This document shows, piece after piece, positions 50,444 through 64,000 of a DNA stretch of 64,000 nucleotides. The stretch is from Eledone cirrhosa (taxonomy: Eukaryota), in assembly GCA_964016885.1 (NCBI GenBank), contig OZ024740.1, positions 101,804,001 through 101,868,000 on the forward strand, read 5' to 3'. Under the pieces are notes generated by a model, which saw only the letters and a list, made by a program, of their open reading frames with translations, was not told the origin of the DNA and ran no database searches. A program made the position numbers and the translations under genes. Within the stretch, counting starts at the first letter, position 1; every line of letters starts with the position of its first letter.

Positions 50444-51636
50444 TGAATGTATTGTCAATACATATATATATATACACACATACACATATATCTATATTTA
50501 GATATAAATATATACACACACACCACATGCAGAAGGGAAAGCAGACATTAAATGATGATGATGACGATGATGACACATACACACACACTTTATCTAATTA
50601 AACTTAAACATCATATAAGTTAACTTGACATTTTTTTATATACTGAAATAGTTGTATGTCTATACCTTATCAAGCTAAACATACTCAAATTTTAATAATC
50701 TTCATTTGTAACTCATTAAAAATATATGTCATACATCGAGTTTGATGTACAGATAAATTTGATTAGTTTTGTATTACAAGGCAAATAATTTCCACACCAG
50801 ACTTTCAAACGTGTTTTTCTAGAAACAGAGTTAACAACCATTCAATTTATTAGCAGACATGCTGGTTATAATGAACAGAAAAAAAAGTACTCAACACATA
50901 TTGTAGAGTATAGTTATCCCAATTATTTGACTGGCTGATGCCAATTGCACTATTACATGGAGTTTCCACATGCTATGCTTTTTCAGGCAGCATAATATCC
51001 CCCCTCCTTTCTCTCTTCCTCCCAATCATGATGATGGTGTTGTTATTAGTGGTGCTGGTGGTGTAATTGTTGTTAGTGATGATTGATGATTTCTGGGATT
51101 CTGTTTCAGAATATTGTTTTTTAGAGAATAAACAATCTCATTTAAAACCCAATAGAGTTTTATATATATTTGAAGATTTTTATACATACATATATGTGCG
51201 TGTATATACTTTTTGAATTCATCAATACTTTCATTGTGCAATTGGCAACACATCAATTTATCTGAGTTAGTTGATTCAACATTATGATATTTAAAATGTG
51301 TTCGTGTATTAATGGAGAAACATTTAATTCAATTTTGAATAAACTGGAAACAATTCAAAAAGATGGATTAATGTTCAAAAAATAGAAATAAAAAAATATT
51401 TATCTGGACGGATTCAGTTCCTATGAATCCCAGCTTCAATTATGCAGATATGTAACATTACATTACATCAAGGAATGAAACAGAACAGCTTCATCAGCAA
51501 ATGTTATCGTACAAATTGTATTTTCAAACATATTTCATTAATATCTGGTCAGCAACTAACTCACTAGTTAGTCAGTGTTTTCCAGTATCACATAGTATAT
51601 GTAGCAGTGGTAGCCATCAAAGATTTTATACAACTC

Positions 51637-51832
51637 CAGACCTGCCAACCTCTAAAAACCTAAACGGGGAGTACCATGAAAAAAAGTGCCCCAAAATGGG
51701 GAGAAATGAGGGAAAATGGGGAGATTTTTACATAATGAAAGCTATACCCATTTTCACAAAAGAAGACATCTCACATCCACCCCAAAGTGGGTGGGAGATC
51801 TCCCTGTTGGACGGCAAGAGTTGACAGGTCTG
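51637..51832. mobile_element. MITE, probably hAT-type
   Basis: CAGACCTGCCAAC ... GTTGACAGGTCTG inverted termini; no clear TSD. Confidence 0.6.
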
Positions 51833-52731
51833 CAAATCAAAGACGTTTGTTAGAATTCAAAACTCAGTACTCATGTATGTATTGGAGAGTGATATACTTT
51901 TTTATTTGTGTTACTAATTTATAGAGATAATCCTATTTCTGTTCTCCTAAATCTGTTCAAAACTAATGATTTGTGAAAAGGTTCTAAAAAAAAAAAACTA
52001 TGATTATCTTCATAAAATAATCACCAAAATAAACACAAATGGTGTCTTGAAGTGTGGAGTACTTCATTTTGTATGTATAAACCTTGACAGATGGACCAGA
52101 ACAGATATTCAGTGATAACGATGATGATACATACATACAACCTCCCTAACACTGGAGATCTACACTATAAAAGGGCCCAGTAATGCTGTTAAAGTGGTTG
52201 GTGTTAGAGAGGACATCCAGCCATTGAAAGCTTGCCAAACAAAAGGTTGTGTGGACTTTCCAGTTGCGTTGAATACCTGATGACATCTCTAGTGCTGGTG
52301 CTATAATAAAATGCACTTCATAGAACATGGAACCACATGTGAGAAGTGAACTCTCAGCATATCTATGAGGTCAGTGACCCCTCCACATCAGTACAGACTT
52401 CGTCTGTGAGGATTCGTCTCACACTATCATGACCATTAATAGTGCAGATTGGGTACTTTTTGTCGCATCACCACTACAACCACTTTACATAATGCACTGA
52501 GCGTTTTTTGTTGGGTCATCAATACAACCACCTTACAAGGTGGACTGGGTGCTTTTTTCCATGTCACAACATGTACATACTTAACCATCTGGTCGATGCC
52601 TAAATTCCAATGAAAAAGCCTTGTTTCTCAGTTAGCAACCTGCTCTTTCTTTGTTGTTGAGAAATTTAAAAATTCAAATCAGAACATTCACACAGCATAT
52701 ATGAAGGTATTTACATTGTATATTACACATA

Positions 52732-52732
<1 letters not shown>

Positions 52733-52829
<97 letters not shown>

Positions 52830-53050
52830 ATACACACACAGACATGCTGGCTTTCTGATAGAATTAAAATGAGTTCCTACCAAGAATTAAATATTCTTTT
52901 ATGATACAAAAATAAATTTAATTTAAATATATGAATATTGGTAATACCCCACAAAATATATATAAAAATAGCATATAAATCAGCTAACACAGAGAGCGAG
53001 AGAGAGAAAAGACAGGGAGTCAGCAAAAATAGAGATAGTTAGATAGTGAG

Positions 53051-53100
<50 letters not shown>

Positions 53101-53320
53101 ATGGGGAAAGAGGGAGAGAGAGAGATAAAGAGACAAAAACAGGCAAACAAAGAGAGAGAGAAAGAGAATAGAGAGACTGACATATAAAATGTAAGAGACA
53201 GAGCAGACAGAGTGACAAACAGATGGACAAACAAAAAGACAGGAGAGAAAGAAAGAGAGCTCCCAAATAGACAAATTTGTAGACAGAAAGACAGAAAGAT
53301 CCAGACTGATAAAGAGACAA

Positions 53321-53356
<36 letters not shown>

Positions 53357-53560
53357 AAGAGACTTGTATGTATGAATGTTAATGACATTTCAGTGTTAGA
53401 AAGTAAGGGAAGAAATCAGATAAGTTCTTTTATTCTTGACACCACCTCTAAAATATAAAAATTAATATATATATATAGAGAGAGAGAGAGAGTGAGAGAG
53501 GAGGTATGTATGTATGTGTATATATATATATATATATATTTAGAGAGAGAAAGATATATA
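52733..53560. repeat. (CA)n and extended (GA)n/purine-rich microsatellite region
   Basis: Direct reading. Confidence 0.9.
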
Positions 53561-54054
53561 TCTACCGATACTGCCAATTCACCGCCCTTATATAATGATA
53601 ATAATAATGGTTTCTGATTTAGGCTCAAGGCCAACAATTTTGGGGAGGGTAAATACATACATATATATATATATATATAATAAATAAAAAACACATATAT
53701 ATATAATAAATGAAAGACAAACACGAGAAATGCATTCTTCAATAATCAATACTGGATCAGAAAATATCATGAAATAAGATTGTTTCTTTTTACTAAGTAT
53801 TTTTACTGAGTAATTTAACAGGAACAATTGTTTCTCTTCCATTTTTTCTTTATCTTTCTCTCTCCTTCAACTTTCATCACATTCCTCTCCCCTTTGCCAC
53901 TTCTTCTACCACCACCTCCTCCTGTTTTTGTTTTCCCAACATGTAACTCCTTTTTCTAACCTCTTTATTCTACTCCTTCTTTTGATCTTATGACTTCTTT
54001 TGTTTTCTTCTCTATTCACTTTTTTCTAATAAATTATTTTATGGTTGTTGAACA

Positions 54055-54700
54055 AATAATAATTGTTTCTACTTTAGGCACAAGGCCAGCAATTACTCAG
54101 TGCATTACTGGTACTTTATTTTATCGACCCTGTAAGGATAAAAGGCAAAGTCAACCTCGGAGGGGTTTGAACTCAGATCGTAAAGGGACGTAACTATGCT
54201 GGAAAGCATGGCGTCTGACCCTCTAGAACAAATAATAATGATAATAATAATTGTTTCTACTATTGGCACAAGGCCAGCAATTACCCAGTACATTACTGGT
54301 ACTTTATTTTATCGACCCCGTAAGGATGAAAGCAAAGTTAACCTCGGCGGGATTTGAACTCAGAATGGCAAGGGCCGTAACTCTATGCGTCAAAAGCAAG
54401 GCGTCCGGCCCTCTACCGATACTGCCAATTCACCGCCCTTATATAATGATAATAATAATAATGATAATAATAATGGTTTCTGATTTAGGCTCAAGGCCAA
54501 CAATTTTGGGGAGGGTAAAGTTGATTATATTGAACCCAGGGCATAGCTGGTGCTTTATTTTATCAACCCTCATAAGGATGAAAGGCAAAGTTAACTTCAG
54601 TGAGATTTGATTTCAGAAAGGGAGATAATTATATGCCGCAAAGCATATTGTCCAATGCTCTACTGATACTGCCAATCCACCAACTTAATAATAATAATAA
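54055..54700 (-). mobile_element. Three tandem Meta-domain-like SINEs separated by (AAT)n
   Basis: Units at ~54055-54225, ~54245-54438 and ~54470-54683. Confidence 0.85.
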
Positions 54701-55226
54701 TAATTTCATCACTATTCTCATGAATGACAAGACCTACCCATTGTGGCAACGGCAGCAACGATTATTATTTTTATTGTTGTTGTTATTGTTATTGTTGTTA
54801 ATATTGTTTATTATTATTATTATTACCATCATCATCATCTTATTAAATTATTATTATTTCCATGTGTAGTAAACATTCAAGCAATTTTGATATGTAATAT
54901 TCTGGAAAAACCAATAATCTACCTGAGTTGATTTAGCAAAAATATAATATTTTTAAAAAATCACTTGTCTGCATTGGAATATATTCTAGTGTACTGTATT
55001 CTACTTTTTTAAACAACACACATACACATGCATGCACGCACACACACACACACAATTTATATTTCTTTTCTTCTTGGACGCTACAGCAATGATAGACAGA
55101 CAAGCTATGAAGAATTGACTGTATATGAATATTTTGTGATGGATAGACAGACAGATAGAGAGCCAGGTAGATATAGAGAAAAATATATATAGTTAAATAA
55201 ATAGAAAGATAGATAGATATAGAAAG

Positions 55227-55328
<102 letters not shown>

Positions 55329-58184
55329 AGAGAGAGAGAAACAGATAAACAGATATAGAAAAACAGACTGATAGATTTCAAGTTTACATGTAATGAAGAA
55401 TGTTGTTAAGTGCCATTATATAGCAAACTGTGGATGGCTCAGTGGTTAAAATGTTTGTTTTGCAATCATTTGGATTCAACTTCAATCCTACTGTAAGACA
55501 TCCTTGGCAGGTGTCATTTACCATAGCCTCAGGTAGACACAAGCCTTTTAGAGTAACTGTGTAGATGGAATCTGTGTGGAAACCTGCTTGATGGATTATA
55601 TTTGTAATTCAAAGGTCCAAACTTGTCACATATTATGTCATGTTAAATCTCCCTGAGAATTATGTTAAGAGTACACATTCTCAACCATTTACATATTAAA
55701 TTCATGAGCAGGCTGTTCCATTTAGTGAACAACTGAAACTCTCATTGTTAAAAGCAACAGAGACTCATCAATCAATCATGGGTTATCTATGAAACACCAC
55801 TGCTATAAAAATTGCCCAAATGTTAGACTAATAGTTGAGTCTTTTATTTGCTTCTTCTGATGAAGCTAGTTCCTCACAGTTTCTTAGTCAGAGAAAGATT
55901 TGTCTCCACCCATTCTGTTAACACTATAGTAAACCGACTTCAGCACTTATCCTGCAGTGAATTGGAAGTATCATTAATGTTTGAGATAAAATGTCTTGCA
56001 CAATTTGTTCTGGCTGTCTATACCTTGAGTTCAAATTCCATGAAAATCAAATTTGATTTTCAAATTTTGGTATTAATAAATAAAGTACCAGTCTAAGTCT
56101 TGTAGATTGCTGGAATTGTTAGAGCATCAGATGAGATACTTTGTGGCATATATTCCTGCTTTTTGTGTTCTGAATTCTTGGGTGACTGACATAATCCATC
56201 AACTGGTTTAACACCCCCACCTAGTCTTTAGTGGAGTTCACTATGTTGTGAACATTCAGGCCATGACTCAAGTTTGAGGATAATCTCATCTCAGCCCTTT
56301 CACAAACCAGTCTCAAAGGCCCTAAAAAGTAAAAGGATTATGGTCACTCCCTTCCATCTTTGACTTAACAGTAATAAATGCTTATGACTCAGATTGACTG
56401 ATAAATGTAATAGTTTAAAGTCAAGTTAGTGTTAATATATTTAATCTGGTGAGCAATAAAACAATAGCTAGAATTAATTACGTGGGGGAACAAAAAAATT
56501 TCGGCTATGTTTTTGTTTTATTTTGACCTCATCTGTAAACCACAGACTTCTCCTTTATACATGTTAAAATAGCGATGAGAGCATCCCTAAATAAATTTAC
56601 TAGACTGTATACTAATTGAAATCGTAAAATAAAATTGGTTAGAGAATATAGATTACATTTCATTAGTCAGGATACTAACCTTTGCAGAGTCCGTTGTATA
56701 GCTACTGATTCAATTGATCACTGTTGTTACTGATTTTATGGACTGCAAAATTAGCAAAATCAACAGTATTCAGACTTGTCAACATACTTTGATCTGAGAA
56801 CACTCTGGAATAAAACTAAATTCTTTCATCCATTTAGCCCGGTACTCTGACATTTTTGGACAACTTTCTACTCCAGTCTTTATTATATATCGATTTCTTT
56901 TAACTTCTATATTGATTTCTTTTAACTCAAGGAGAAAACATATTTCATTGACCAATACTTTGTTAGAATTTCAGATTCAAGATTGACTTTTTCTTCATCA
57001 TAGACATAATAATGGGATTTTTTTCAGACATTCTATTCAACTAGTTTTTTCGTAACAATTTGTAACAATTTGTTTAAGAAATAAATACAAAATAATTGAA
57101 TTAATCACAGTATATTACTGCTATTAGTAAGGCATTCGGTTTACTATTCAATTGCCACTGCCAACTCATGTAAATTGAATAAACTACAACTGTCACTCAC
57201 AATTGTGTGTAACTTAGTAGCCTGCCAAAAGGTTTTAGGTGCTGTGCAATTGTAAATAGAAACAGGCACTCTTTTGACTCTCCTTCTCTTGATCCAGTAG
57301 AACATCCAATAGGAATAAAATCTGCAAGTATTTTATCGAAGGAATAAAATCTGCAAGTATTTTATCAACCCTGAAAGAGGAAAGACGAAATAAACCTCAG
57401 CCGTATTTGAACTCTGAACACAAAGAGCTAGAACAAATATCCGGTGCTCTAACAACTCTGCCAAATTGACCTCCTACTATAGATTACTGACTTCAAATTA
57501 TATTAATACTGAGTTGTTGATGATTTTAGCCTAAGGTAAGCACTGATTAATACAACCTATTCTGAAAAATTCTATGCAATGGGGTTGGTGCAGGGACCTC
57601 GTAAATGTGAAAGAAGCTTCTTAACTACTCAGTCATACTGCATTGAGCTACATTCTTTTCTCATCACTCCATTGGTATTTCTAATTAAATTTTTAAAGCT
57701 CAGCATTAAATATTCTTACTCCTTAACTGCCGGCTTTCATGCAGTTGGCATTTCTGAATAATTAACCTCAATGATTGCCAACTTTTTTTTAAAGTTTCTT
57801 TAAGTAGATGTTTAGTATTTGTGTTTGGGGCATTTCTTGATACTACCTGAGACAACATTCACTAATCAAGTTATTGAATGACATTAGCAGGAGAAGGAAG
57901 AAAAGATTGACACAAGATGTACTGGAAGGAAACTATAGAAAAAACCTCTAACTAGTCAACAAGATTTAGGGCAACATGATATGAGATAACAGGATATGGG
58001 ACAACATGATGTGGAAGTCGAGTAATTAGTGTCACAGATAGGAAAGGATGGAGTTGAAATAGTATACAATGATGAAAGCATTTTAAAAAAAAATAATAAA
58101 CAGGAAGAAAAAAAAGGAAAGGGAGAGAAAAATAAATTGAATAATAAAAAAGGGAGAAGGGAGAGGCCAACTCTACACTCATAG

Positions 58185-58510
58185 CTGCAGTACTCTACAA
58201 AGATGGTGAAAGCAGTGCCATGGAGAGCAGCCAGCAACAACTGTCACATCAGCTTTTCCAACCCATGGGGGTCTTTCCTCATGTGGGATACACTCTGCAG
58301 GTTTTGCAGGGGGAAATGGTAGTCTGAGAATTGAGGACACCAGAAGTCTTGAGTCTGGATAGCAACTGTCACAAATACAAAGCAGTTGGAAAAGTCCTTG
58401 TATTTTTCATATTTTCTGCTCCTCCTCATTATGGATTCCATGAAAATTAAATAACACAGTGTATTTAATGCGACTGTATTGAAAATATAATCCATCCAGG
58501 GACACCAGAA
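58185..58510 (-). mobile_element. Very decayed CRE-like RLE C-terminal fragment
   Basis: RKYEKYKDFSNCFVFVTVAIQTQDFWCP resembles K..KY.......F.P.AVET.G.W. Confidence 0.5.
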
Positions 58511-59650
58511 TGTTGAGTAGGTTACGTATGAGAATCATCTGAAATGGTTTGGACCTGGGGAGATAGATGTTAACTGGTGATGCGAATGATGTTAATGACT
58601 GGAAGATGTCATATTATATCTTATTAAATCTCAAATGTCAACATTGTAGCATTATTGTAATATCTTTACAGCCACGTAGTAGTTAGTTTTCATTGTTCAT
58701 AAGAAAATATATTAGTCTTTAATGTTCTTGGTATGTTAGACAGCCACCTCAGTGATTCCTGATGAATTTTAATTAAGAACAAAACTGGTTACAGTTATCC
58801 TTATTTACTTCTACTACTGAAGTTTCTGGACTTTGTACATGGATGGTATTTTCACAGAATGATTATTGAATATATTGTCTATGAATTCTCTGCACACATT
58901 TTACTCATAAACATGCTGTGTTGGTATTTTTTTTTCTGCTTTCATTATCACTGTTTAACATCTGTTTGCATGGGGTAGATGGGTTGTCACATTATGAATA
59001 TATCCATATCAGGTGACCAAGGATATGTTTTGGGCTTGGATTTCTATGACTGGTTGACTTCCATAAAACTAACTACATTACAACATGTACAGGGGGCTTT
59101 CTCATGATACCACCATTACCACTTTAAGAAAATAGACTGGGTGATTTTTGTTGTGGCTCCATTGAAAATGTTCATGTCTCACCATTAAGTTCTTCTATTT
59201 TTAAAGGTAATATTTGCTCACAATATTTTCAAACTATTATACATATGCATCCATGGATTGATATATCTCAGTTTCAGATGATCCTATGTAACGGTGAAAG
59301 CAGATATTGTTTACTTAAACTTCTTTCTGTCCTAATAATAAATATTTGCTCCATTGGTTTATATATAATAATAAGTATTTGCTCTATGGGTTATATATAT
59401 ATACACACACACAGATACACATACAACTCTTATTGAGTCTTCTCTGGATTTTGGTCTTTGTATTTATTATTATTGCTACAATATATCATCATCACTGTTT
59501 AACGTTTATTTTTCCACACTTGCATGGGTTAGATGGGTTGTCACATTATGAGACCAGTCAGATCCCATGACCATGTTTTGTTCATACAGATCTGTATATA
59601 TATATATATATGTATATACACACATATATGCTCACATGCACACACACATG

Positions 59651-59701
<51 letters not shown>

Positions 59702-60216
59702 ACATCATCATCATAGTTTAACATCTATCATGAGGATAATATATATATATAAAGTAACCTAAAGAAAATATGGGTGTAAGATGAATCAGATGAATCTGCT
59801 CCTATTTCATGGTTGGATAATTATCAGTAAGTTAGAAGAGCATTCAACTGTTAAATCAGTTTGTTCCTACCAATATATATATATGTCCATATTTTCTAAC
59901 CCATCCCAGTGAACCAAGCATGAATAATGGATCTAACTCAATAAATCCGAAAAACAATTTCTAACTATAGTACAAGGCCAACTATGCTATTGTTATTTAG
60001 CCAAAGGTCAGCTCTGATCAATCAATGAAAATCCAGCCGTTGACCATCACATCTTTTTCAGTCTTAATGTATCTTACTCTATATTATCTGATATGTCCTT
60101 CCTTTTTAAGACAGTAGAGTGTGATATGAAGGAAGACTTTTGTTGCTATTTCTAGATTTATTGCATTTGATTATGGGTAATGGCTTTTGCAGGTCCACTG
60201 AGAATAGTGACATCAC

Positions 60217-60819
60217 TACGTGAACGGCAAAGCATAAATGAATTGAGAGAGAGACTGAGCATCAGAGGAATCAAATGCTGTGTGCAGGAGAGGCGGATGC
60301 GTTGGTATGGACATGTGATGCGTATGAAGGATGACAGCTGCATAAAAAGGTGCAGAGCACTAGAAGTCAATGGAAACCGCGGAGTGGGGAGACCCAAGAA
60401 GACATGGGATGAGGTGATAGGGGCCGACCTTACCCAGTTGCACCTCTCAAAGGCGATGACACACGACCGTGACCTCTGGCGTCATGCAGTAATACAGAGT
60501 ACCCGACCTCCCATGGGTACAAGCTGAAGCATATAGACAATATGCCTCCACACCCTCCCACTGCAAAGTTGTCGTGGAGGTGCAACAGCAAAAAAGTACC
60601 CAACCCACACTGTAAACTGGACGTGTAGGCGTCACGGAAAAAAGCACCCAGCACTCACTGTAAAGGAGGTTGGTGTTAAGAAGGGCATCCAGCTGTAGAA
60701 ATCAAGCCAAAATCAGTTCCTGTCAGCCGACCAGACACTGCCCACAACAGGACAACCCGTCTAACCCATGCTAGCATGGAAGAACGGACGTAAAATGGTG
60801 ATGATGATGATGATGATGA
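60217..60819 (+). mobile_element. RTE subfamily B 3' fragment
   Basis: RMRWYGHVMRM, GRPKKTW, DRDLWR, then UTR and (GAT)n tail. Confidence 0.92.
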
Positions 60820-61155
60820 CTGCTAATATTCTTCTTGAATAGCAGCAAGTTGATGGCTGTGGGTCAAAATGGGCTATGTGGGTGTTCTAGAAGAATAAGA
60901 TTCTGAGGAAGAAGGATTGAGTGAAATGGTTGATGTGATGCCTGAGGCAGCAGATAAGTGAGGGTGATTAGCGGAGCAGAGATGAGTGAAATGGATAGGC
61001 TTAAGTAGAGGTAGCTTGCATGTAATCAGAAAGCTTCAAATAACAGAAATTACTGAGTTATTTTATCAGTCTTAGAATTATAAAAGTGAGAGAGAATCTT
61101 AATAGAATTTGTAATTATAACATAAGGAAGGAAAGGGCTGATTCTTAGACCAGAC

Positions 61156-61335
61156 CGGTGCTGGATTTAGGAGAAATGAGGCCCTGTGCTAGTTAAGTTA
61201 TGAGGCCACTTACTTGGGTCCTGAAGGAGGTAGGCCCAGTAAAAATGAAATATTTTTGGCAGGAAGATGGGCATCCTCTGGTCAACATGGCCATGTGCTT
61301 AAGCACACCTAAGCACAGTGGTAAATCCAACACTG
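61156..61335. mobile_element. hAT-type MITE with 8-bp TSD
   Basis: CGGTGCTGGATTTA ... TAAATCCAACACTG termini flanked by GACCAGAC at 61148-61155 and 61336-61343. Confidence 0.8.
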
Positions 61336-62330
61336 GACCAGACCAAAAAAACTGCTTCTTTTGATCTTTCATTAATAGTTACAACTCCTGGCTGAAGTAT
61401 CACCTCTTTTCTGGTAAAAGGAGGCAGAATTTGAACTCAAGATATTCAGAGCCTTAACAGACACTGTAAAACATTCCATCTGATACTTTAATAATTCTAC
61501 CAATACACTGCCCCTGAAATGGTAATTTATTTATTGACAGTACGAATGACTATGTTGCACTGCAGAGAATCAGAACAAATGCTACAAAGTATTCATTCAA
61601 ACACCCTAACATGTCTGCCACTTAGCCAAATATAATAACTGCCTTCCTGGAATTGAAATGACAGTATCCACTGGTGGATTATAAAAGTTAACTTTTAAGT
61701 CACCCATAGAGGTAATGATATGAAATAAAATAAAATAGAATAATAAAATGCATTCAACGTTTAATGATAACAGTGTATTCAGAGAATAAATAGCTGATCT
61801 TATGAGTACAAATATCTAGGAATCGAAGACTGATATCAGTATATAAAGATAAAATATGTGAATAAAGGCAGGAGTTTATACATGAACATGACAGAAATAG
61901 CATTAACAACTCTCCCATACTTGCAGCTTTTAGTTATTTATTTAACAGTTTGTCTGATTGTTGTAGTTGGGTAATATACATTGCTGCAATCATTTACTGA
62001 ATCTGAGTGAAAATAAATATGACAAAGAGATCTAACAGGAAATGATGACAGAATATGACAGCCTTAAACCAATAGCAACTGTAATAAAGTTTATTCATTG
62101 CAAATATAGATAGCTCGGTGTATCCAGTTTAGAATTGATACACTGTACCCCTGCATACTGCAATAGGTAACTAAATGGGTTGACACCAGACAGGTCAACT
62201 AACTATAAGACATTGCCTCAGAAATGACCTTATAATGAGTATGAAATCTGGAATGGGGCCATGCAAGACTAACTCTTTCATTAGTAAGGCAAAAAGACTT
62301 AAAATGTTTATTGTATATATATATATGTAT

Positions 62331-62771
62331 GTGAAGGCACATAGCTTAGTGGTTAGAGAATTGGGCTTGCAATCGAAAAGTTGTGAGTTCAATTCTCGGA
62401 CCGGGTGATGTGTTGTTTCCTTGAGCAAGACACTTTATTTCACATTGCTCCAGTTTACTCAGCTGTAGAAATGAGATGATAGGGACTGGGGTCCCTATCA
62501 TTCCACTGCAAAGTGGTCGTGGAGGTGCAACGGCAAAAAAGCACCCAGCCGACACTCTAAAGTGGACGTGTAGGCGCCACAGAAAAAAAAGCACCCAGCA
62601 CTCACTGTAAATGAGGTTGGTGTTAGGAAGGGCATCCAGCTGTAGAAATCACGCCAAAATCAGTTCCCGTATGAGCAAGACAAGGTCAGCCGATCGGACA
62701 CTGCCGACAACAGGACAAACCGTCTAACCCATGCTAGCATGGAAGAACGGACATAAAACGGTAATGATGAT
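62331..62771 (+). mobile_element. Chimera: CORE/V-like SINE head + hairpin + RTE subfamily B 3' UTR
   Basis: 62331-62475 matches the 37749 SINE; 62502-62771 matches 60557-60810. Confidence 0.8.
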
Positions 62772-62847
62772 ATATATATATATATATCATCTCATTGTCG
62801 TTTAACGTCTATCTTCCACACTAGCATGGGTTTAGAATATATATATA

Positions 62848-63253
62848 TCATCATCATCATCATCATCGTTTAACGTCCATCTTCCACGCTAGCATGGGTT
62901 TGGATGGGAATTTTCCCACTTGAGGCAAGATTGGTTGTCTTGCTCGTATAGGACTGTCTGGCGGGTTTTCTACGGCTGGATGCCCTTCCTAACACCAACC
63001 ATGTTTACAGTGTGGACTAGGAGGTTTTTACCATGTTACCTACACGGCCACATTACAGCGTGGATTGTGTGTTTTTTTGTCTTGACACCTATGCAACCTC
63101 ATTTATTTAGGACTGGATGTTGTGGTACCAACATAAATTTACATCGAAAAGTGTGGATGGGGTGGGAGTAGTGGGACAGGGTGTATTTTTGTTAAGAGGT
63201 GCCTACTGACTGTAGGTTTCGCTTTGCATTTAGGCAAGACGGGTGTTCTGTAT

Positions 63254-63256
<3 letters not shown>
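62848..63256 (-). mobile_element. Older RTE subfamily A 3' fragment
   Basis: Diverged match to 5357-5779; (TA)n flanks. Confidence 0.88.
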
Positions 63257-63287
<31 letters not shown>

Positions 63288-63291
<4 letters not shown>

Positions 63292-64000
63292 TCATCATCA
63301 TCATCATCAACGTTTAACGTCCGTGTTCCACGCTTGCATGGGTTTGGACGGGGGTAGTCCCACTTGAGGCAAGAGTGATTGTCTTGCTCGCATAGGACTG
63401 TCTGGCAGGTTTTCTACAGTTGGATGCCCTTCCTAACACCAACCACATTTACAGTGTGGGTCTGGGAGGTTTTTACCGTGTTGCCTACACGGCCACATTA
63501 CAGCGTGGACTGTGTGTTTTTTTGTCGTGACACCTACACGATCTCATTTGTTTCGGCCTCGATGGCGCGGCACCAACATAACTTTACATAGAACGGGGTG
63601 GTGTGGATCGGGTGGGGGTGGGGGGGGTGGGACGGGGTGTATTTTGTTAGAGATGCCTACTGGCTGGAGTAGGTTTTACTATATATTTAGGTAAGGCGGG
63701 TCTTCTCTGTTACTGAGTACCGCCAAAGGTCTCGGTCCAGTGACATTGTCTTGGAGAGGTGTAAGTGTGTGATGTCGGAGTTTATCAGCTCGTCCCAGGT
63801 TTTTCTAGGTCTGCCTATTCCGTGACTACCGTCTATCTTTATTGCCCTGCACTTTGTTATACAGCTATCGACTTTCATGCGCATCACGTGTCCATACCAA
63901 CGTAGCCTTCTCTCGAGTAAACAACATCTGATCCCTCTTATCTCTAATTTATTCCTTAGTTCGTTTATGCTTTGCCGTTCACGTATATTACTGTTACACA
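63288..64000 (-). mobile_element. Young RTE subfamily A copy continuing beyond the window end
   Basis: Near-identical by eye to 5072-5779 and encodes the same C-terminus (...YSVTEKTRLT*). Confidence 0.95.

Noticed and set aside
56679-57040. Minus-strand segment with donor AAG|GTTAGT and peptide EYRAKWMKEFSFI
   Set aside because: All frames are interrupted; possibly a decayed DNA-transposase N-terminus or non-coding exon, but not supportable.

Overview
AT-rich, repeat-dense animal genomic DNA. An octopod/cephalopod origin is inferred from the SINE/LINE inventory and the abundant (TA)n/(TG)n/(AAT)n microsatellites, not proven. There is no prokaryotic gene content, rRNA, true tRNA or CRISPR array. 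The window is dominated by non-LTR retrotransposons. (i) An apparently intact RTE LINE (ORF 2215-5385) carries a C4HC3 PHD-type finger inserted inside its reverse-transcriptase region and has many 5'-truncated relatives. (ii) A near-intact two-ORF Tx1/L1-clade element (~30847-36885, one in-frame stop per ORF) sits in the (ATT)n tail of an older copy, and an internally deleted inverted sister is fused head-to-head with an R4/Dong-type fragment. (iii) There are decayed R4/Dong, CRE, CR1, Gypsy and Penelope-like pieces, tRNA-derived SINEs, and piggyBac-, Tc1/mariner- and hAT-type MITEs. A few short splice-bounded segments on the minus strand may be exons of an unidentified host gene. Most short ORFs in the track are microsatellite or antisense artefacts. 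All calls are by eye, and boundaries of decayed elements are approximate.
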